Origin: Nostoc punctiforme PCC 73102
GTDB taxonomy: Bacteria; Cyanobacteriota; Cyanobacteriia; Cyanobacteriales; Nostocaceae
Direction of reading: 5' to 3'
Assembly: GCF_000020025.1 (NCBI RefSeq)
Contig: NC_010628.1
Coordinates: forward strand, 6,120,001-6,152,000
DNA: 32,000 nucleotides
Shown here: piece after piece, positions 15,542-23,607 of the stretch
Layout: each line of letters opens with the position of its first letter
Numbering within the stretch: position 1 is the stretch's first letter
The notes under the pieces: generated by a model
Databases searched by the model: none
The model's input: the letters and a program-made list of their open reading frames with translations, nothing else
What the model was told of the DNA's origin: nothing
Position numbers and translations under genes: made by a program

Positions 15542-18500
15542 ATGCAAACAAAAGACCGTTCTCGCCATTTTATTTACACAGACTGGATATTAATCGAAAC
15601 CCAGTTTGATCCTGACCAATTGCAATCAAAAGAAACCGTCTTTACAATCGGCAATGGATACTTGGGAACAAGAGGTAGTTTTGAGGAAGGGTATCCTCAT
15701 TCATTACCAGCTACTTTTATCAACGGTGTCTACGACGATGTGCCGGTGGTGTACACGGAACTGGTAAATTGCCCTGACTGGCTACCCTTGATAGTAATTG
15801 TGAATGGCGATCGCTTCCGTCTCGATCAAGGTGAGATATTGAGCTACGATCGTCAACTCGATCTCCGTCAGGGATTAGTCATCCGGGCTTTGCGTTGGCG
15901 TTCTCCTAGTGGAAACACCATAGACATCAGCTTTGAACGCTTTGCCAGTCTTGCAGATCCGCACGTGTTGGCATTACGCTGCCATTTAACGCCAATAGAT
16001 TTTGATGGGTTAATCGAAGTTCAAGCTAGTATCAACGGCTATCCAGAAAATCAGGGTTTCAATCACTGGGAAGGACTAGATCAGGGCAAAACTGACCAAG
16101 GAATCTGGTTGCAACGCCGCACCCGCCACTCCCGAATTGAACTTGGGATGGGAGCTAAGGTGACAATATTAGGCGCTGAAGCATCTTTGCAAGTCAATAC
16201 TGCACCTGGTTATCCAACCTTAAGCACTACCTTCTTAGCTAAGGCGCAACAGGTCGTAACAGTAGAAAAATTAGTGACAGTTTTTACCTCGCGGGAGATT
16301 GATACCCCAGTCTCAGCCGCTCAAGAAAAACTTGCACACCTCCCAGACTACGTAACACTACAAAAAGCCAATCAGCAGGCATGGGATAAGGTTTGGCAGC
16401 AAAGTGACATCCTGATTGAGGGGGATAGCACAGCTGCTTTTGCTGTTCGCTACAATGTGTTTCAACTGCTGATTGCTGGCGCACGCCATGATGATCGGGT
16501 GAGCATTCCTGCTAAAACCCTTTCGGGATTTGGCTATCGCGGTCATATATTTTGGGATACAGAAATTTTTATGTTGCCCCTATTTATATTTACCCAGCCA
16601 GCGATCGCCCGAAACTTACTTACTTACCGTTGGCACACCTTACCAGGAGCTAGACGCAAAGCGGCCCATTACGGCTATAAAGGGGCAATGTTTGCTTGGG
16701 AAAGTGCTGATACTGGAGATGAAGTAACACCACGTTGGGCGCTCGGAAATGATTTTTATGGTGAAGACGTGCGGATTTGGTGCCGCGATCGCGAAATTCA
16801 TATCAATGCAGATATTCCCTACGCCGCTTGGAATTACTGGCAAACCACTGGTGATGATGAGTGGATGCAAAAGTGTGGCGCAGAGATCATCTTAGATACC
16901 GCTATCTTCTGGGCGAGTCGGGTAGAATTCAATCCTGAGCGCCAACAGTATGAAATTCGGGGCGTGATTGGAGTGGATGAATACCATGAACTCGTTCACA
17001 ACAACGCCTTTACAAACCGGATGGCGCAATGGCATTTAGAGAAAGCGATCGCAGTCTATAATTGGCTGGTTCAAAAATTTCCCGAACAAGCCAGAGAATT
17101 AGAAGAAAAACTACAACTCACCGTCCAAGATAGATCGCACTGGCAAGATATTATCAACAAAATATTGTTTCTCTACGACCCATCAACAGAACTCATCGAG
17201 CAGTGCGAGGGGTTTTTCCAATTAGAAGATATAAATTTAGCAGACTACGAACCACGCGATCGCTCTATGCAACCGATCTTGGGTGTTGAGAAAATTAACA
17301 AATACCAAGTAATCAAACAACCAGATATATTGATGCTTCTTTATTTAATGCGAGAATCAGCAGATTTTCCCTACAGCGAAAAAGCATTGCAGGCAAACTG
17401 GGATTACTACGCACCCCGTACCGATATTACTTATGGTTCTTCCCTTGGCCCAGCAGTTCACGCCATCTTAGCTTCCGATTTGGGCAAATCAATCGAAGCT
17501 TACGAAGTGTTTCTGCACGCATTAATGGTGGATCTTGAAGATAACCGAGGTAACACCAGCGATGGAATTCATGGTGCTAGTGCTGGTGGCATTTGGCAAG
17601 CTGTAATTTTTGGATTCGGTGGTATCCAAATCACCGAAAATGGCCCAGTAGCCAATCCCCATCTGCCTGATGGCTGGACGCGCCTGAAGTTTAAACTGCA
17701 TTGGGGCGATAAATGGCACGACTTCGATCTCCGCAAAGGGCCAGTCCGCCAAGATATAACTCGTCAACTAGAATATCTCCAACTTTCCCTATCTCCAAAT
17801 CCCCCCTCAAATGAGGCAGGGGGCATACTTCGACTGCGCTCAGAAGGGGGGCAGGGGGCAGGAGAAAGGAGGCAGGATAGCGAAGCGTTAGCGAGTCCGC
17901 GAGCGTCGGCAGAAGGCAAGAGTTATTCTTCTTTATCTGTCTCATCTTCCCCAATCCCGAATCCCCAGTCCCCCAACATCCAAGGATTCATTTTCGATTT
18001 AGATGGTGTGCTGACAGATACAGCAGAACTTCATTATCTAGCTTGGAAGAAGTTAGCAGATGAAGAGGGTATACCGTTTAATAGCCAGGATAACGAAGCG
18101 CTGCGGGGTGTATCTCGTCGTGCTTCCCTGATGCTGATTGTTGGTGATAGACCATATACGGAAGCACAAATCCAAGAGATGATGGAGCGGAAGAATAGCT
18201 ACTATATGGAATTGATTCAAAATATGACATCCAAGGATTTGTTGCCAGGTGCGATCGCCTTTTTGGATGAACTGCGACAAGCTGGGATTAAAATCGGCAT
18301 TGGTTCAGCCAGCAAAAATGCCCGTACAGTAATCAAGCGATTGGGCATTGCTGATAAAGTAGATGCGATCGCAGACGGTTATAGTGTACAGCAACCCAAA
18401 CCAGCACCCGATCTATTTTTGTACTCAGCCAAGCAGCTAGGACTTGAACCAGCGCAATCTATAGTTGTAGAAGATGCCGCAGCAGGCATTGAGGCGGCTC

Positions 18501-18655
18501 TAGCTGCTGGGATGTGGGCAGTAGGGCTTGGCCCGGTTGAACGAGTTGGAGCCGCTCATGTTGTCTTACCCAGCCTAGAAGGTATCAAATGGGCAGATTT
18601 AAGAGCCAAATTGAGTGACATTGCTAGACAAAAACATTCAGGGACTTCCAAATAA
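15542..18655 (+). CDS. Fusion protein: GH65 disaccharide phosphorylase (kojibiose/trehalose/maltose phosphorylase family) plus beta-phosphoglucomutase (HAD)
   Basis: 1037 aa. The N-terminal roughly 740 aa carry GH65 blocks: FTIGNGYLGTRGSFEE, GHIFWDTEIFMLP, the GVDEYHELVHNNAFTN catalytic-acid region, and GNTSDGIHGASAGGIW, the phosphate-site pattern of phosphorylases. The C-terminal roughly 225 aa carry FIFDLDGVLTDT, GIGSASKNA and VVEDAAAGIEAALAAGM, which are the beta-PGM HAD motifs. A roughly 69-aa low-complexity linker lies at 17770-17977. Confidence 0.85.
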   Translation: MQTKDRSRHFIYTDWILIETQFDPDQLQSKETVFTIGNGYLGTRGSFEEGYPHSLPATFINGVYDDVPVVYTELVNCPDWLPLIVIVNGDRFRLDQGEILSYDRQLDLRQGLVIRALRWRSPSGNTIDISFERFASLADPHVLALRCHLTPIDFDGLIEVQASINGYPENQGFNHWEGLDQGKTDQGIWLQRRTRHSRIELGMGAKVTILGAEASLQVNTAPGYPTLSTTFLAKAQQVVTVEKLVTVFTSREIDTPVSAAQEKLAHLPDYVTLQKANQQAWDKVWQQSDILIEGDSTAAFAVRYNVFQLLIAGARHDDRVSIPAKTLSGFGYRGHIFWDTEIFMLPLFIFTQPAIARNLLTYRWHTLPGARRKAAHYGYKGAMFAWESADTGDEVTPRWALGNDFYGEDVRIWCRDREIHINADIPYAAWNYWQTTGDDEWMQKCGAEIILDTAIFWASRVEFNPERQQYEIRGVIGVDEYHELVHNNAFTNRMAQWHLEKAIAVYNWLVQKFPEQARELEEKLQLTVQDRSHWQDIINKILFLYDPSTELIEQCEGFFQLEDINLADYEPRDRSMQPILGVEKINKYQVIKQPDILMLLYLMRESADFPYSEKALQANWDYYAPRTDITYGSSLGPAVHAILASDLGKSIEAYEVFLHALMVDLEDNRGNTSDGIHGASAGGIWQAVIFGFGGIQITENGPVANPHLPDGWTRLKFKLHWGDKWHDFDLRKGPVRQDITRQLEYLQLSLSPNPPSNEAGGILRLRSEGGQGAGERRQDSEALASPRASAEGKSYSSLSVSSSPIPNPQSPNIQGFIFDLDGVLTDTAELHYLAWKKLADEEGIPFNSQDNEALRGVSRRASLMLIVGDRPYTEAQIQEMMERKNSYYMELIQNMTSKDLLPGAIAFLDELRQAGIKIGIGSASKNARTVIKRLGIADKVDAIADGYSVQQPKPAPDLFLYSAKQLGLEPAQSIVVEDAAAGIEAALAAGMWAVGLGPVERVGAAHVVLPSLEGIKWADLRAKLSDIARQKHSGTSK
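17949..17976. repeat. STRR1-like heptamer array inside a coding region (CCCCAAT/CCCGAAT/CCCCAGT/CCCCCAA)
   Basis: Read directly from the sequence. It is translated as SPIPNPQSPN within the GH65-betaPGM linker. Confidence 0.8.
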
Positions 18656-18716
18656 AATTTATGAAACCAATGGCATCAAAATTAAACTCAAGCGATGAAA
18701 CTGATAACTAAAAGAA

Positions 18717-18747
18717 TGTAGAGACGTAGCAATGCTGCGTCTCTACA
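18717..18747 (+). terminator. Hairpin (tgtagagacg / cgtctctaca), a possible terminator or repeat hairpin downstream of the GH65-betaPGM gene
   Basis: Perfect 10-bp stem with an 11-nt loop, 62 nt after the stop codon. No clear T-run follows. Confidence 0.4.
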
Positions 18748-18971
18748 AGGTTTATGGATCTGACTTTTCACGGTATCTGGAAAATCTTTCCTAAAAGCAG
18801 AGAGACTTTGAATTTCCGCCTTCTTGCCGTCGAAAAGGGTGTTAGGGGTTGAGTTTTTCGATTTCATTTTTGGATATCTCTAATAACTGTTGAACAGCAA
18901 AAGCTAAGATCGTCCAAGTAGGGAATTTAAAATAAAACTCAACTTTAGAGATCCAAATTAGGAGTAAGAGC

Positions 18972-20321
18972 GTGAATTTGGACGATTTAGCCTTACAGAT
19001 ACAGCTTATGCGTAAGCGCGTCGCCCTTTTGCAACGCCAGAGTGAACAGCAAAAAGCACAGGAAGATATTGAAGTCATCACAGATGTATTCAAGGAACTC
19101 TACCTAGCTTTGGAAGAAATGCAAATAGTTAATGAAGACTTACAGCAACAGAATGAAGAATTATTTAACGCTCAACAGTCCTTAATAGCACAAGGTCAAC
19201 GCTACCAAGAATTGTTTGAGGAAGTACCAGATGCCTATTTGGTAACTGATCCAAGAGGAGTAATTCAAGAAGCTAATTCTGCCGCCCAGAATATGTTGAA
19301 CATCTCAAAGAATTTCCTGTTGGGCAAAGCTTTAGGAATTTTTGTGCTGGAGAAAGAACTGATTGCTTTTCATTTGAAACTGACTCATCTGAGCGATCGC
19401 GCCGAAACTCCAGATTGGAAAATGCAAGAGTGGGAAGTAAATCTGCGGCCACGTAACAAAACACCCATTATTGCTGCGATGAAGGTGGCTGCTATCCGTA
19501 ATCAACAAGGTAACTTAGTTGGTCTGCGTTGGCTAGTGCGCGATATTAGCGAAAGCAAGCGTCTTCAAGCCAAGCTGCAATGGGCAGAAGAGGCGATGCG
19601 ACAAGCGCTTGCCAAAGAAAGAGAGTTTAGTGAACTTAAATCTCGGTTGCTCACCACCGCCTCTCATGAATTTCGTAACCCTTTGACTACCATCCACTCT
19701 TCGGCAGAACTACTAGAACATTATCGCCATCTATGGAGCGACGAGCGCCAACAGATTCACCTACGTCGCATTCAAACATCTGTTATGCATATAACTCAGT
19801 TGCTGAATGATTTATTGGTGCTGAATCAGGATGAAACAGGCAAGTTAGAGTTTAATCCAACACCCCTAAATTTGGTGGAATTTTGCCGCGATCTATTAGA
19901 AGAATTAGAACAGAGCGATCGCTCCCAACATGCGATCGTTTTTAGCAGTGAGTGCCAATGTCCCTCAGCTAACCTAGACGCTAAACTACTGCGACAAATC
20001 TTGACTAATTTATTCTCGAATTGTCTAAAATACTCTCCCATTGGTAGCACAGTTAAGTTTTCTGTAACCACTGCCAACGAACGAGCTATATTCCAGACTC
20101 AAGACTCTGGTATTGGCATTCCTCCTGCTGACATCGAACACATATTTGAACCCTTCCATCGCGCCAGTAATACAGGTAATATCCCAGGAATGGGATTAGG
20201 GATGTCCATCGTCAAGCAAGGTGTAGATTTACACGGCGGCGAGATTATTGTCGAAAGTGCGATCGATGCAGGAACTACCTTTACAGTCATCCTGCCATTT
20301 TCGAGAGATTTGCATATATAG
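18972..20321 (+). CDS. PAS-domain sensor histidine kinase
   Basis: 449 aa with a GTG start. An N-terminal coiled coil plus PAS domain is followed by the H-box TASHEFRNPLTTI (His codon at 19665-19667), an N box (LTNLFSNCLKYS), and G boxes (QDSGIGI, GMGLGMSIV). Confidence 0.85.
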   Translation: MNLDDLALQIQLMRKRVALLQRQSEQQKAQEDIEVITDVFKELYLALEEMQIVNEDLQQQNEELFNAQQSLIAQGQRYQELFEEVPDAYLVTDPRGVIQEANSAAQNMLNISKNFLLGKALGIFVLEKELIAFHLKLTHLSDRAETPDWKMQEWEVNLRPRNKTPIIAAMKVAAIRNQQGNLVGLRWLVRDISESKRLQAKLQWAEEAMRQALAKEREFSELKSRLLTTASHEFRNPLTTIHSSAELLEHYRHLWSDERQQIHLRRIQTSVMHITQLLNDLLVLNQDETGKLEFNPTPLNLVEFCRDLLEELEQSDRSQHAIVFSSECQCPSANLDAKLLRQILTNLFSNCLKYSPIGSTVKFSVTTANERAIFQTQDSGIGIPPADIEHIFEPFHRASNTGNIPGMGLGMSIVKQGVDLHGGEIIVESAIDAGTTFTVILPFSRDLHI

Positions 20322-20668
20322 TGGCTTGCACTAATGCTTCTTTTTATTTCTTATTGGTTTACCTTCCAATGGATGCGTAGACCCCCAATTTCAGGCTAAC
20401 AAGCTGCAAGAACCACTGACAATATTGGGTTTCAAGCTAGATATACTAAGTTTTTGCGTCACTTTCAACTGAGGAAGACCGTCAAATAATCAATCACTTT
20501 TACTTATCGAATCAAAAACAAAAAGTAATTGCTTCTATACTAAAAGGTCTTTAAAGTAAAGTTAGCCGGTCAACAATTAGTTGATTGTAAAGTTTTTCTT
20601 AACAATAGCTTAGGGAAACAAACTCAAGGACTTTGTATATTTAAGTGTGAGTTTCAAATATTACGCCT

Positions 20669-21106
20669 GTGGTCATCTCTAACAAATCAGAATACGCACT
20701 TCTAGCCCTGTTAGAGTTAGCAACCTGCTACCCTAAGGGTGAAGCGCTGCAAATTCGAGAAATAGCGGTCTTACAAGATATACCAAACCGCTATTTGGAA
20801 CAACTTCTGGCAACATTAAGACGTGGAGGTTTAATTAAGAGTATACGCGGAGCCAAAGGTGGCTATGTTTTGGCACGAGACCCTGGAAAGATTACAGTGT
20901 TAGATGCTTTTAGCTGCATGGAGGGGTCAGATATTGTTGTATCTGATTCTGAGCCGACTCCCAACACCGTAGAAGGTGAGCTAATTCAAGAAGTCTGGCA
21001 GGAAGCACGTCAGGCTGCTAACTCCGTTTTGGAAAAATATACACTCCAAGACCTTTGTGAACGAAGATCGCTAAGAAAGCAGAAGGAACTCATGTATTAC
21101 ATTTAG
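20669..21106 (+). CDS. Rrf2-family transcriptional regulator
   Basis: 145 aa. SNKSEYALLALLELA...IREIAVLQDIPNRYLEQLLATLRRGGLIKSIRGAKGGYVLAR is the canonical Rrf2 winged helix-turn-helix. The three-Cys Fe-S ligand cluster of IscR/NsrR types is not evident. Confidence 0.85.
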   Translation: MVISNKSEYALLALLELATCYPKGEALQIREIAVLQDIPNRYLEQLLATLRRGGLIKSIRGAKGGYVLARDPGKITVLDAFSCMEGSDIVVSDSEPTPNTVEGELIQEVWQEARQAANSVLEKYTLQDLCERRSLRKQKELMYYI

Positions 21107-21702
21107 AAAGGGTGAAGTGGGAAAATTTTCATCCTTTATCTTGAATTGATAGTCATTTCCGCTTTGGCCATATTTAGCAAATCTAGATGTTATATGTAGA
21201 TTTGCAGTAATTTCAAGTAAGTAAGTAGAAAATTCTTAGTATGATATCAAGTCTGGGTAATTAGTTACAATTCCCACAGTCATTTCACCCTTTCCTTAGC
21301 CTACGGTGCCTACACAAGTCATAAAAATCTAGCTTAATGAGGCTTTGCTCGTTCCCATACACCGTATGGAAATGTATTCATTGAGGCTCTGGCTAAATGT
21401 ATCACTAGAGTCAGAGCCTCCACTCAGCTATTTCTATACAGAGCAAGGAAAGTAGAGATAAAGTATAGCTATCAGTAAGATGGCTTTTTGTGGGTTTAGT
21501 AAGTAATCAGACGGTCATAATATAAAATATTTTTTACAAAAAATACAGTCAAAAGAAGAAAATTTTGAGTAACTAGTCAGTTGAACCACGCCTCAAGCAA
21601 GATAGTTTTGAAAAATTTGGTATCTCAATTAGTCTAGTTAGACGTTTTTTATGATGTAATCCTTATTAACAGTAATAACCAGACAACCTGTGAGGCTGTT
21701 AT

Positions 21703-22095
21703 ATGCCTGAAGTTAATTCTCAACAGCCCATAAATACTGCCGCTACTCTTGTAGAGAGTTATGCAGCAGGAAAACGGGACTTTAGTAAAGCAGAACTGGG
21801 TAATGCCGATTTGCAAGGCATTAACTTGAAAGGATCTGATCTCAGTTATGCTGACTTGAGTGAAGCTAACTTAAGTGGCGCTAATCTCAGGGGAAGCGAC
21901 CTGAGTTTCGCCGATCTCCATCAAGCTAATCTAAGAGATGCCGATCTTAGGGGAGCATTGTTGATGTCAGCGAATCTCCGCCAAGCCGATCTCAAAGGAG
22001 CAAAGCTAGAAAAAGCAGACTACGATCGCAGCACCCATTTTCCTCAAGATTTCGACCCAGTGAAAGCTGGTATGCGAATAAAATTTGAAGATTAA
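21703..22095 (+). CDS. Pentapeptide-repeat protein
   Basis: 130 aa with consecutive A(D/N)LxG-type pentapeptides: ADLQGINLKGSDLSYADLSEANLSGANLRGSDLSFADLHQANLRDADLRGA. Confidence 0.9.
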   Translation: MPEVNSQQPINTAATLVESYAAGKRDFSKAELGNADLQGINLKGSDLSYADLSEANLSGANLRGSDLSFADLHQANLRDADLRGALLMSANLRQADLKGAKLEKADYDRSTHFPQDFDPVKAGMRIKFED

Positions 22096-22220
22096 TTTAA
22101 CAATATAACCAGTTCAAAAGAGAGGAATATTGCTCTCCTTCCTTCTTCAACGAGGCTACTTGCCTCAAGATAGAAGATATTTTTGCCAAAAGAGTTGTAT
22201 TTTGGTGAAAAAGCCTATCT

Positions 22221-22721
22221 ATGAGGTTGACAATGGAGGCAAAACGTGAAACCATCAGTCGACGCGCACCATTAATTACTGCTGGAATTTTTCTTGGTGT
22301 GGGTCTTGGAGGGTTTATTGATGGAATTTTACTGCATCAGATCCTCCAGTGGCATCACATGCTTAGTAACATTCGACCTCTGACAAACAGAGCGAATATA
22401 GATTTGAACATGGTATGGGATGGGTTCTTTCATACCTTAGATTGGGTATTCACCGCGACTGGACTTGTGTTACTATGGCGTGCTGGACGGCGCGATGATG
22501 TTCCTTGGTCATCACAGACCTTTATTGGATCAATACTGATTGGTAGTGGTTTGTTCGACTTGGTTGAAGGTTTAATTGACCACCAAATTCTCGGTGTTCA
22601 TCATGTGAAACCAGGCCCAAATGAGTTAGCTTGGGATCTAGGATTTCTTGCATTCGGTGCGCTACTTGTTGTTATCGGCTGGATAATGATAAAAAAGGAG
22701 TCAAGAGTAATTAGTCCTTAG
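22221..22721 (+). CDS. DUF2243-family membrane protein
   Basis: 166 aa (162 aa if translation starts at ATG 22233). GGFIDGILLHQILQWHHMLS and a second HQILGVHH motif lie within 4 hydrophobic segments, matching my memory of DUF2243. Confidence 0.6.
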   Translation: MRLTMEAKRETISRRAPLITAGIFLGVGLGGFIDGILLHQILQWHHMLSNIRPLTNRANIDLNMVWDGFFHTLDWVFTATGLVLLWRAGRRDDVPWSSQTFIGSILIGSGLFDLVEGLIDHQILGVHHVKPGPNELAWDLGFLAFGALLVVIGWIMIKKESRVISP

Positions 22722-22801
22722 TCATGGGGCATTGGGCATGAAGAAGAGACAAGGGAGACAAGAGAGAGACTTGTTCAATAATTCCCCTTTGTCCCCCTTG
22801 T

Positions 22802-22843
22802 CCCCACTCTCCACTCCCCACTCCCCCCTCCCCCCTCCCCCCT
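22802..22843. repeat. Heptamer array CCCCACT/CTCCACT/CCCCACT/CCCCCCT x3 (pure pyrimidine tract)
   Basis: Six consecutive 7-nt units end exactly at the ATG of the next gene (22844). Upstream, gacaagggagacaag pairs approximately with ctttgtcccccttgtc to form an imperfect hairpin. Confidence 0.85.
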
Positions 22844-23452
22844 ATGCCTACAGATACTTTTGAAAAAACTAGCTGGAGTTGGCAGCTTTCCCAATTTCAA
22901 CAACAAGCGGGAGAATGGTGGGAATACCAGTTTTACCGCTTTGAGAAAACTTTACCAGAATTGCCTAATGGATGGTCTATTAGCCCTTGGTTAGGTGAGT
23001 TGCTGAAATTTCTGTTTTGGCTGGTAATTGGCTTATTTGTAGTTTGGGTGGGTTGGCAATTATGGCGGGAATTCAGCCCTTATGTATATTCTTGGCTGAA
23101 TAGAAGTGGCAACCTGACTGATTTTCGTGCAAAAACTCGCTCTAGTGAGGCATCCATAGCACTTTTGTTGGAGCGATCGCAACAATTTTACCGTCAGGGT
23201 AACTACCGTGAAGCTTGCCGTTGTCTTTATTTAGCGATGTTGCAGCAGTTGCATCAAAAAGCGATCGCACCCCACAAACTCAGTCGTACAGATGGAGAAT
23301 ATCTGCAATTGCTGCGATCGGCTGTGACTCCCATACAGCCTTACGAAACTTTAATTACCACTCACGAACAATTATGTTTTGGTAATGCCGAGATTTTGCC
23401 AGACAATTATGAACAGTGTCGGCAAGCTTATCGGGAAATTTCCCCAGAATGA
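22844..23452 (+). CDS. DUF4129-domain membrane protein
   Basis: 202 aa. There is one TM segment (LLKFLFWLVIGLFVVWVGW). The C-terminal block QGNYREACRCLYLAMLQQL...LSRTDGEYLQLL is typical of DUF4129. Confidence 0.55.
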   Translation: MPTDTFEKTSWSWQLSQFQQQAGEWWEYQFYRFEKTLPELPNGWSISPWLGELLKFLFWLVIGLFVVWVGWQLWREFSPYVYSWLNRSGNLTDFRAKTRSSEASIALLLERSQQFYRQGNYREACRCLYLAMLQQLHQKAIAPHKLSRTDGEYLQLLRSAVTPIQPYETLITTHEQLCFGNAEILPDNYEQCRQAYREISPE

Positions 23453-23534
23453 AGAGAACGTGGGGTTAAGGATACTAGAATCATAGATAGCTAAAAAAAC
23501 AATAATTTTAAGGAAAATTAATAAAAAAGTAAGG

Positions 23535-23574
23535 AAAAGCGAGAGACAGGCACAAAGACTTATCCTCGCTTTTT
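23535..23574. terminator. Candidate bidirectional terminator between convergent genes
   Basis: AAAAGCGAG (23535-23543) pairs with CTCGCTTTTT (23565-23574). The loop is large (21 nt), which lowers confidence. Confidence 0.35.
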
Positions 23575-23607
23575 GACTACCTAAGCTGTGAGAGTTGCGT
23601 AGCCGCC

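Noticed and set aside
15330-15593. Track ORF, 87 aa (MNSVNPPLNSVNPPL...)
   Set aside because: It is simply the translation of the 21-bp tandem array and the dispersed repeat. It runs into the start of the GH65 gene out of frame.
14563-18280. Antisense or alternative-frame ORFs inside the SuS-like and GH65-betaPGM genes (14563..14883, 16284..16870 group, 17522..17954, 18053..18280)
   Set aside because: All are nested in long, motif-supported CDSs. The 17691..17954 ORF is an antisense reading of the repeat-derived linker.
18842-19093. Track ORF, 83 aa, minus strand, overlapping the start of the second histidine kinase
   Set aside because: It is Cys/Ser/Phe-rich antisense translation with no family features, and it overlaps a supported CDS.
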